Part shown: positions 57,083 to 64,000 of the stretch, in pieces
How positions within the stretch are numbered: position 1 is the stretch's first letter
Layout of the letters: each line of letters opens with the position of its first letter
Source: Alphaproteobacteria bacterium
GTDB lineage: Bacteria; Pseudomonadota; Alphaproteobacteria; GCA-2731375
Length of the DNA: 64,000 bases
Direction: 5' to 3'
Assembly (NCBI GenBank): GCA_965232515.1
Contig: CBDDPY010000002.1
Location: 3,296,001 to 3,360,000, forward strand
Program-made: the position numbers and the translations under genes
Notes under the pieces: model-generated
Databases searched by the model: none
Told to the model about the DNA's origin: nothing
The model's input: only the letters and a program-made list of their open reading frames with translations

Positions 57083-57946
57083 TCAGGCGATCGTGTTCTG
57101 GCCGCTTTCGGCCGACCAGGGGAACAGCACGCGCTCGATCACCACCACGGCCTGGAACAACACGATGCCCATGACCGACAGAATGATCAGCGCCCCGAAG
57201 GCGACCGGCACCTGAAAGAACGCCGTCGCCGAGACGATGAGGTAGCCCAGGCCCTGATCGGCATTGACGAACTCGCCAACCACGGCGCCGACCACCGACA
57301 GCGCCACCGCCACCTTCAGACCGCTGAAGATGAACGGGATCGCGTAGGGCAGCCGGATACGGTAGAGCTCCTGCCAGATCGAGGCCTTGTAGGAACGGCC
57401 GAGCTCGATCAACTCGGACGGCACCGCCATCAGGCCGGTGGCGATGGCGATCACCAGCGGGAAGAACGCCACCAGAAACGTGACAACGATGCGCGGCAGC
57501 TCGTTCGCGCCGAGCAGTACCACCAGGATCGGCGCCAGCGCGACCTTGGGGATCGACTGCGTCAGCACCAGGATCGGATAGATCGCGTTCGCCACCGCGC
57601 GCGACGAGGTCAGCGCCACGGCGAGCGGCAGGCTGATGACGATCGAGACGACAAAACCGACCAGCACGGTATAGAGCGTCGCCAGCGTGTGGCCCCAGAC
57701 GGTGCCGGCGATGGCGACCGAGTCGGTCCAGATGACGCTCGGCGCCGGCAGCAGGTAGACCGGGATGTCGAACAGGTGGACGCTCGCCTCCCAGACCAGG
57801 CCCAAACCGACGACCACCGCCGTCGGCAGCAGGACTTCCTGGCCGAAGCGCGACAGCCGGGGCGATCTAGGCGGCGCCGGCGAGGCTTCGTCCGGATCGG
57901 CCGAAAATGAGGCTTCGGATGCGTTGGGCGCAGTCTTGGAACTCAT
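57083..57946 (-). CDS. ABC permease (NitT/TauT family)
   Basis: LPAPS, QSIPKVALAP, FFPLVI, GAVVGEF, GLGYLI; start uncertain because of overlap with the ATPase. Confidence 0.9.
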   Translation of the reverse strand: MSSKTAPNASEASFSADPDEASPAPPRSPRLSRFGQEVLLPTAVVVGLGLVWEASVHLFDIPVYLLPAPSVIWTDSVAIAGTVWGHTLATLYTVLVGFVVSIVISLPLAVALTSSRAVANAIYPILVLTQSIPKVALAPILVVLLGANELPRIVVTFLVAFFPLVIAIATGLMAVPSELIELGRSYKASIWQELYRIRLPYAIPFIFSGLKVAVALSVVGAVVGEFVNADQGLGYLIVSATAFFQVPVAFGALIILSVMGIVLFQAVVVIERVLFPWSAESGQNTIA

Positions 57947-58646
57947 GCAAGCCTTCCATATCGAAACTACGGGGCCGCGGCAGCGGCACGTCGATGATCT
58001 CGTCGATGCGGCCCGGACGCGGCGACATCACCACCACCCGGTCGGACAGCAGCACCGCCTCGGTGATGGCATGCGTGACGAACAGAATGGTCTTCGGCTG
58101 CTCGGTCCAGATTCGCAGCAGCTCCAGGCTCATCTCCTCGCGGGTCAACGCGTCGAGCGCGCCGAACGGCTCGTCCATCAGCAGGATCGCCGGATCGTGG
58201 ACCAGCGCCCGGCAGATCGCGGCACGCTGCTGCATACCGCCCGACAGCTCGCGCGGCTCGCGGTCCTCGAAGCCGCCGAGGCCCACGAGCTGCAGCAGAT
58301 CGTGCGCGCGGTCGCGGCTGTCGGCCTGCATCGCATGCATGATCTTGAGCGGGAACAGTACGTTCTCGACGATGCTCGCCCAGGGAAGCAGCGTCGCGTT
58401 CTGAAACACGATGCCGACCTCGCGCCGCGGTTCGGTGACCGCCGTGCCGTCGATGGCGATGCGGCCGGCATCTTGCGGCACCAAGCCGGCCACGAGCCGC
58501 AGCAACGTCGACTTGCCGCAGCCCGAAGGGCCGACCAGCGAGATGAACTGGTTGTCGGGAATGTCGAGGTCGATGCCGCTCAGCGCCGTCACGGCGCTGC
58601 CGTCGCGCGTGGTGAAGGTTTTCGAAACGTTGCCGATCTCAATCAA
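57867..58646 (-). CDS. ABC ATP-binding protein (NitT/TauT family)
   Basis: GPSGCGKST, LSGGMQQR, LMDEPFGALD. Confidence 0.93.
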   Translation of the reverse strand: MIEIGNVSKTFTTRDGSAVTALSGIDLDIPDNQFISLVGPSGCGKSTLLRLVAGLVPQDAGRIAIDGTAVTEPRREVGIVFQNATLLPWASIVENVLFPLKIMHAMQADSRDRAHDLLQLVGLGGFEDREPRELSGGMQQRAAICRALVHDPAILLMDEPFGALDALTREEMSLELLRIWTEQPKTILFVTHAITEAVLLSDRVVVMSPRPGRIDEIIDVPLPRPRSFDMEGLHEFQDCAQRIRSLIFGRSGRSLAGAA

Positions 58647-58680
58647 GGCCGGACCCCACGATGTCTATTGAAGCGCGTAA

Positions 58681-58714
58681 GTCCGGGCGGGGCTGCCGGC
58701 AGCCCCGCCCGGAC
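58681..58714. other. Perfect 34-bp GC palindrome after the binding-protein gene (probable mRNA stabilising/attenuating stem)
   Basis: GTCCGGGCGGGGCTGCCGGCAGCCCCGCCCGGAC is its own reverse complement; no U-tract. Confidence 0.6.
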
Positions 58715-58731
58715 CGGCGATCAGGTCAGGC

Positions 58732-59739
58732 TCATTGCGGCACGTGGCTGATGTCGACGGCCTGTTTCGGATCCCAGCTCTTGTCGAGCTCCTGCGCCGC
58801 GGCCACCGTTTCCCAGGTGAAGCCGAGACGTTCGTCATCGTAAAGGCCGAGCCCGGTCTTCGCGGAATGGTCGTTGATGACGAAGTCGAGCGTGGCGGTA
58901 ATGCTGCCGATGCAGTCGTCCAGCGCCACTTCCGGCACCCGTTCGACATGCAGCTTGCAGGCCTCCTCCGGGTTCGCCTGCGCCCACTTGAAGGCGTTCT
59001 GCGTCGCCGTCAGGAACCGTTTCACCAGATCCGGTTTCTCGTTCAGCATCTTTTCGGTGGTGACGATCGAGGCGGCGTAGATGGCGAAGCCGACCTTCTC
59101 GAACGGCAGCACGACGATCTCCTCGCCCGCCGCCTTCGCCGCCTTGTTCTGGTAGTAGTGGTGCATGGAATAGAACGGCGCGGCGTCGATGCGCTTGGAG
59201 ATCAGCAACGGCGCCATGGCGGCACCATCGGTCATCGACCAGACGATCTTGTCGGGATCGGTGCCGGCCCGCTCGGCCACCTTCGGGAAATAGACCTTGT
59301 GGCTGTTGCCGGGCGTGATGCCGATCTTTTTGCCTTCCAGGCCCTTGAAATTGGTGATGCCCGAGCTCTTCAGCACGAACAGCGAATGCGGCGAGTGTGT
59401 ATAGAGGAACATCGCGGTCTTCACCGGCACGCCGGTGCGGGCCTTCGCGGTCAGCAGCGCGCCGATGTCGGCGACGCCGAAGTCGGCCGCGCCCGTCGCG
59501 ATCTTGGTGACGGTATCGCCCGAGCCGTAGCCGCGGGTGATGTTGATGTCGATGCCTTGCTCTTTCCAGAAGCCCTTGGTCCAGCCGCCGTAATACATGG
59601 CGTGTTCGCCGGACGGGATCCAATCGGTCTGGAAATGCACCTTGTCGTCCGCCCGCGCGGCCGTTGCGGCGAACAGCGCGACGAGCGCGGTGGCGATGAA
59701 CGGTGTCGAATACCCTGTTGCTGAGCGTCCCATGGACAT
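58732..59739 (-). CDS. ABC substrate-binding protein (NMT1/THI5-like)
   Basis: Signal peptide; QTDWIPSGEH, RGYGSGDT, LEGKKIG; AAGGAGGT SD. Confidence 0.88.
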   Translation of the reverse strand: MSMGRSATGYSTPFIATALVALFAATAARADDKVHFQTDWIPSGEHAMYYGGWTKGFWKEQGIDINITRGYGSGDTVTKIATGAADFGVADIGALLTAKARTGVPVKTAMFLYTHSPHSLFVLKSSGITNFKGLEGKKIGITPGNSHKVYFPKVAERAGTDPDKIVWSMTDGAAMAPLLISKRIDAAPFYSMHHYYQNKAAKAAGEEIVVLPFEKVGFAIYAASIVTTEKMLNEKPDLVKRFLTATQNAFKWAQANPEEACKLHVERVPEVALDDCIGSITATLDFVINDHSAKTGLGLYDDERLGFTWETVAAAQELDKSWDPKQAVDISHVPQ

Positions 59740-59958
59740 ACCTCCTTCTTATGCGGAAAAGGGGTATCCCCCTCTTCCGACGATTTTCGTCGAACAGGTA
59801 CGCTTGTCTGGAGTCACTCCCATCCAAATTATGGCATCGCGGGACCGCGGCGGATACCTAATTCGGATTGAACCTGTCCGCCGGATTCGGCTCATGCCCA
59901 CGTGACGCGATCATGCCGGGGGAGTGTAATTCGCTCAACGCGTCGCTAGAGTCGCGCG

Positions 59959-60588
59959 ATGACAAGGCAGGCGAAGCGCGGGCGACCGCCGTACAACGAC
60001 ATCCTGACGCCGGCGGAGTGGCGCACCGTTCACGCGGCGCAACACGGGATGTCGAACCGCCAGATCGCACGTCGACATGGCGTGAGCGTCGATGCCGTGA
60101 AGTTCCATATCGCCAACGCGGTTTCGAAGACCGGCTTGGACAGCAAACAGGCGCTTAGGCAGTGGTTCGCCGTGCCACGGCACAGCGCCCTTCAGGCGAG
60201 AAAGCAATCCATGGAATCCGATGTGAGCCTGGGCCCGATCGGGCAAATCTCCAGATCCGTTTCAGACCTCGACCGGTCGTCGGCCTGGTATCGGGATGTC
60301 CTGGAACTGCGTCATCTCTACATGTTCGGCAATTTGGCGTTCTTCGACTGCGGCGGCACGCGCCTCTTCCTGCAGGAAATCAAGGACGCCCTGCCCGACG
60401 AGTCGGTTATCTATTTCCGCGTTCCCGATATTGCGCGGGCCTACGAGAAGCTCCGCGGCCGCGGCATCGAATTCACGAGCGCCCCCCACATCATCCACCG
60501 GCACGACGACGGCATGGAAGAATGGATGGCGTTCTTCACCGATCCCGACGAACGGCCGCTCGCGATCATGTCGCAGGTCGAGCCCTGA
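59959..60588 (+). CDS. LuxR-type HTH fused to VOC/glyoxalase domain
   Basis: LTPAEW...GMSNRQIA...VSVDAVKFHIANA, then IGQISRSVSDL...WYRDVLEL...FFTDPDERPLAI. Confidence 0.8.
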   Translation: MTRQAKRGRPPYNDILTPAEWRTVHAAQHGMSNRQIARRHGVSVDAVKFHIANAVSKTGLDSKQALRQWFAVPRHSALQARKQSMESDVSLGPIGQISRSVSDLDRSSAWYRDVLELRHLYMFGNLAFFDCGGTRLFLQEIKDALPDESVIYFRVPDIARAYEKLRGRGIEFTSAPHIIHRHDDGMEEWMAFFTDPDERPLAIMSQVEP

Positions 60589-60604
60589 CCGTTACGCGAA
60601 CGCG

Positions 60605-61384
60605 TCAGCGGCCCACGAACTTCGCCTTCTCCTTGGCCAGGAACGCCTTGTAGCCGATCTGGAAGTCTTCGGTGTCGAAGCAGTCGTAACCTTCCTCGCG
60701 CTCGGCCTCGGTCAAGGGCGCGGGATCGAGCTTGCGGTAGATGAACTTCTTGTGCCAGCGGGCCGACAGCGGCGCGCCCTCGGCGATCTTCGCCGCCATG
60801 TCGTAGGCGGCGTCCGCCACCTGGTCGTCCGGCACCACGCGCGTCACCAGGCCCAAACGCAGGGCGTCGGCCGCGCCGATCAGTTCGCCCAGCACCAGGA
60901 TCTCGAGCGCCACGTTGACGCCGAATTTCTTGACGATCATGTCGAGCTCGTCCGGCGACTCGACAAGCCCCAGCCTTTTCACGGGCACGCCGAAGCGGCT
61001 CGACTCGCCGCAGACCCGGAAGTCGCAGAGCGCCGCGACGCCGAAGCCGCCGCCGACGCACATGCCTTCGATGAGCGCAATGGTCGGATGCCGGCAATCG
61101 CGCACCGCGTCCATGGCGGGATGCGTGATCTCGGCGAAGGCCTTGGCCTTTTCCTTACTGCTGCGAGTCTGTTCGAACTCGGAGATGTCGGCGCCGGCGC
61201 TGAACGCCTTGCCGCCGGCGCCGCGAATGACGACGCAGCGCAGATCGGAATCGGCGTCGCATTCGTCCATGATCCGCTTCAGGCCCTGGTTCATGGCCAG
61301 GTTCATGGCGTTGCGCCGCTCCGGCTGATTCAGCACCACCGTGGCGACGGCGCCGTCGCGCTCAACATAGACCTGCTCGGTCAT
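60605..61384 (-). CDS. Enoyl-CoA hydratase/isomerase family
   Basis: ERRNAM, AFSAGADISEF, CVGGG, FGVP. Confidence 0.9.
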   Translation of the reverse strand: MTEQVYVERDGAVATVVLNQPERRNAMNLAMNQGLKRIMDECDADSDLRCVVIRGAGGKAFSAGADISEFEQTRSSKEKAKAFAEITHPAMDAVRDCRHPTIALIEGMCVGGGFGVAALCDFRVCGESSRFGVPVKRLGLVESPDELDMIVKKFGVNVALEILVLGELIGAADALRLGLVTRVVPDDQVADAAYDMAAKIAEGAPLSARWHKKFIYRKLDPAPLTEAEREEGYDCFDTEDFQIGYKAFLAKEKAKFVGR

Positions 61385-61425
61385 CGGACCTCTTCCTCCC
61401 AATCCAAAAAGCGTCGTGATGATGT

Positions 61426-61833
61426 CTAGTGCTTGGCGAGCTTGTCGCGCTTACCCGCCAGGCGATCCTTCATGCGGTCGACCTCGATGACGAAGCGCAC
61501 ATGCCGGCCGCGCCCCACCAACTCGATGGCGTCCTGCACGAAGATGTCGAAGGTGACCTTGCGGTCCTCGACCCCGGCGATGCGCGCCTCGATATCGACC
61601 CAGGCGCCGAGCGGCGTCGCGCCCAGATGATCGAGCTCGATCCGCATGCCGACCGAGTCCTCGCCGCCGTCCGCATGTTCGAGGAGCATATCGCGACAGG
61701 TGATCTCGATGTCGGCGACCATGCTGGGCGTCGCATAGACGCGCCCTTTCGCGCCCATGAAAGCGATGGTCCGGTGTTCGTCGATCTCGAACCGTCGCGT
61801 CGTCGTCAGCCCCGGCTGCAGGCTGTCTTTCAT
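61426..61833 (-). CDS. FlK-like (fluoroacetyl-CoA thioesterase family) hotdog thioesterase
   Basis: VYATPSMVADIEITC...EDSVG...HLGATPLG...GRHVRF with Thr/Glu/His positions. Confidence 0.8.
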   Translation of the reverse strand: MKDSLQPGLTTTRRFEIDEHRTIAFMGAKGRVYATPSMVADIEITCRDMLLEHADGGEDSVGMRIELDHLGATPLGAWVDIEARIAGVEDRKVTFDIFVQDAIELVGRGRHVRFVIEVDRMKDRLAGKRDKLAKH

Positions 61834-61849
61834 CGCTTGGCCTCGCCGC

Positions 61850-62644
61850 CTAGCGGCCCTGGAACGCAGGCCGTCGTTTCTCCATGAAGGCCGTGCGGCC
61901 CTCGATATAGTCCTCGCTGGCGAAACAGGCATCGACCATGGCCTGACAGGCGGCCAGATCCCGCTTGTCCGGATCGGTCAGCACCTCGGCCACCGCGCGT
62001 TTCACGGCGGCAATGGTGAGCGGCGCGTTACCGGCAATTGTTTCGGCATAGTCGCGCACATAGGCCTCCAGCGCCGCCACCGGCAGGCTGCGGTTGATCA
62101 GGCCCATCTGGATCGCCTCCGGCGCCGAGAACTGCCGCGCCGTGTAGAAGATCTCTTTGGCGAACGACGGGCCGACCACGTCGCACAGCCGCTTTATGCC
62201 GGTGTAGCCGTAACCGAGCCCCAGCTTGGCCGCCGGCACGGCGAACCGGCTGTTCTCGGACGCGATGCGCAGGTCGCAGTCGAGCGCCACGGCCAGGCCG
62301 CCGCCGATGCAATAGCCACGGATCATGGCGATGGTCGGTTTGGACGTGCCGGTCAGCGCCTTGTGCGCCCGCTCGCCGGCGGCGTTGTAATTGGCGACCG
62401 CCTCCTTAGTGCCGCGCTTCTCCTCGAATTCGGAGATATCGGCGCCGGAAATGAAGGCGCGTTCGCCAGCGCCGCGCAGCACGATCACCCGGATATCGTT
62501 GTCGGCCTCGAAGTCGGCCAGGATCTCGGGCACCGCCAGCCACATGTCGAGCGACACGGCGTTGTGCCGGCCTGGGTTGTTGAAAATCATCCAACCGATG
62601 CCGCCGTCCTTCTCGGCAATCATCCGTTCCGTACTACTCGCCAT
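61850..62644 (-). CDS. Enoyl-CoA hydratase/isomerase family
   Basis: FISGADISEF, YCIGGG, VPAAKLGLGY, EGRTAFMEKRRPAF. Confidence 0.9.
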   Translation of the reverse strand: MASSTERMIAEKDGGIGWMIFNNPGRHNAVSLDMWLAVPEILADFEADNDIRVIVLRGAGERAFISGADISEFEEKRGTKEAVANYNAAGERAHKALTGTSKPTIAMIRGYCIGGGLAVALDCDLRIASENSRFAVPAAKLGLGYGYTGIKRLCDVVGPSFAKEIFYTARQFSAPEAIQMGLINRSLPVAALEAYVRDYAETIAGNAPLTIAAVKRAVAEVLTDPDKRDLAACQAMVDACFASEDYIEGRTAFMEKRRPAFQGR

Positions 62645-62799
62645 GCGTCGCGTATCCCTTGGCATCCGACGGCCGCGACGGCGGCCCGTCCGCCGTCTGG
62701 TTGATCGGTGTTTCGTCAGGCCGCTAGTATAACCGCCGTAACCTGAAAAAACGCGCCTCGGCGCGCAAAACAACCAAATTATCCGCGGAGGAGACAACA

Positions 62800-63789
62800 A
62801 TGGCGACGAGACGCGTTTTGGGCCTAGCCCTCGCGGCCTTAGGACTGGCCGCTTTGCAGACACCAGCTCAGGCCGAGACCAAGCTGGTGCTGGGATCGGC
62901 CGGCGTGCCCGGCAGCCTGATCTACGTCACCGAAGAGCAGTTCGTGAAGTGGGTCGACGAGCGCTCGGGCGGCGAGGTCAAGGTCGACTATTTCCACAGC
63001 AGCCAGATCGGCAACCACAAGGAAATGCTGCAGAAGGTCAAGCTCGGCACTCAGGAAATGGTGACGATCTCGACCGTTATGTCGACCATCCAGCCCGAAT
63101 TCGGCCTCTACGACATGCCGTACCTGGTGAAGGACCGGGTCCATGCCGGCTGCATCTCCAGCGAAATCGTCTTCCCGACCATGGCGCCGAAGCTCGAAAG
63201 CCAGGGCTACAAGCTGCTCGGCGTCTGGGAGAACGGCTTCCGGCAGATCACCAACAACGTCCGGCCGATCAACAAGCCCGACGACCTGAATGGCATCAAG
63301 CTGCGCACGCCGCGCGGCGTCTGGCGCATCAAGATGTTCGAGGCCTATGGCGCCAACCCGACGCCGATGGCCTTCTCGGAAGTGTTCGTCGCGCTGCAGA
63401 CGGGCGTCATGGACGGTCAGGAAAACCCCTACACCAACATCTGGGCCGCGAAGTTCCAGGAGGTCCAGAAGTACCTGAGCGTCACCAACCACGTCTACGC
63501 ACCCTTCGTACTGCTGATCAACAAGCGCAAGTGGGACGGGTTGGACGAGAAGGCGCAGAAGGTGATTTGGGACACCGCTCAGGACATCCAGGACTGGACC
63601 TACAAGAAGGCCGCCGAGCTGGACGAGAAGAACCTGAAACAGCTGCGTGACGCGGGCATGCAGTACAACGTCGCCGACCGCGCCTCCTTCGTCGAGGCCA
63701 GCAAGCCGGTCTATGCCGAGTTCGCCAAGGAAGTGAAAGGCGGTCAGGCCTTGGTCGACAAGGCGCTGGCGCTCGCCAACGGCTGCTAG
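62800..63789 (+). CDS. dctP: TRAP transporter substrate-binding protein
   Basis: Signal peptide; WENGFRQIT, GIKLRTP, PMAFSEVF, DGQENP. Confidence 0.92.
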   Translation: MATRRVLGLALAALGLAALQTPAQAETKLVLGSAGVPGSLIYVTEEQFVKWVDERSGGEVKVDYFHSSQIGNHKEMLQKVKLGTQEMVTISTVMSTIQPEFGLYDMPYLVKDRVHAGCISSEIVFPTMAPKLESQGYKLLGVWENGFRQITNNVRPINKPDDLNGIKLRTPRGVWRIKMFEAYGANPTPMAFSEVFVALQTGVMDGQENPYTNIWAAKFQEVQKYLSVTNHVYAPFVLLINKRKWDGLDEKAQKVIWDTAQDIQDWTYKKAAELDEKNLKQLRDAGMQYNVADRASFVEASKPVYAEFAKEVKGGQALVDKALALANGC

Positions 63790-63888
63790 ACGGCGACAGA
63801 CCATCGCAGTGGCGCCCCGCCGTCCGAGCTTGGCGGCGGGGCCGTTGCATCACGCAATTTGTCTGGGATCGAACGGGGGTGGGGCGGC

Positions 63889-64000
63889 ATGTCCGTAATC
63901 GGCAGCGTGCGCCGGGTGCTGGAGCGGGCGCTTGAGTTCGCCTGCATGTTCTTCATGTCGGCCTTGGTCGTCATCATTGTCTGGGCCGTACTGTCCCGGA
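63889..64000 (+). CDS. dctQ: TRAP small permease, 5' part
   Basis: MSVIGSVRRVLERALEFACMFFMSALVVIIVWAVLSR directly after dctP; runs off window end. Confidence 0.7.
   Translation, partial: MSVIGSVRRVLERALEFACMFFMSALVVIIVWAVLSR

Noticed and set aside
59740-59958. TPP riboswitch before the NMT1-like gene
   Set aside because: The conserved CTGAGA and CCTGA..TAAT cores were not found.
1-64000. CRISPR array, tRNA/rRNA, prophage, integron or defence island
   Set aside because: No spaced direct-repeat array, RNA-gene signatures, integrase or phage structural genes seen; only one IS and one TA pair.

Overview
High-GC chromosomal window from an alphaproteobacterium, probably Rhodospirillales-like, judged from gene content, the ribF-ileS-lspA-DUF3035-M16 synteny and a GAAC-N7-GAAC box. 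It holds about 65 CDS, mostly housekeeping and catabolic. These include ileS/lspA/ribF, pyrE, kynU, sugar-acid dehydratase and SDRs, a CoA-ligase operon, nadX, two c-di-GMP proteins and a Phd-PIN toxin-antitoxin pair. Further along are a desulfinase (acdA) next to soeABC sulfite dehydrogenase, ggt, an agmatinase-family gene, an orphan gspG/H/E trio, a P450-decarboxylase-thioesterase-DehI-like run, an intact IS5-family element, an NMT1-type ABC importer with an amidohydrolase, and the start of a TRAP system. I saw no rRNA, tRNA, CRISPR or phage genes. The main signals missed by the ORF track are a 21-codon Ile-rich leader peptide with a stop-codon hairpin upstream of ileS, an SOS box before a Tag-like glycosylase, an IS5 element inside a REP-like repeat, a perfect 37-bp G-rich inverted repeat and a 49-aa small ORF. 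At pathway level, the strongest lead is a putative module coupling desulfination to sulfite oxidation. All product calls come from motif recognition by eye; no database searches were run.
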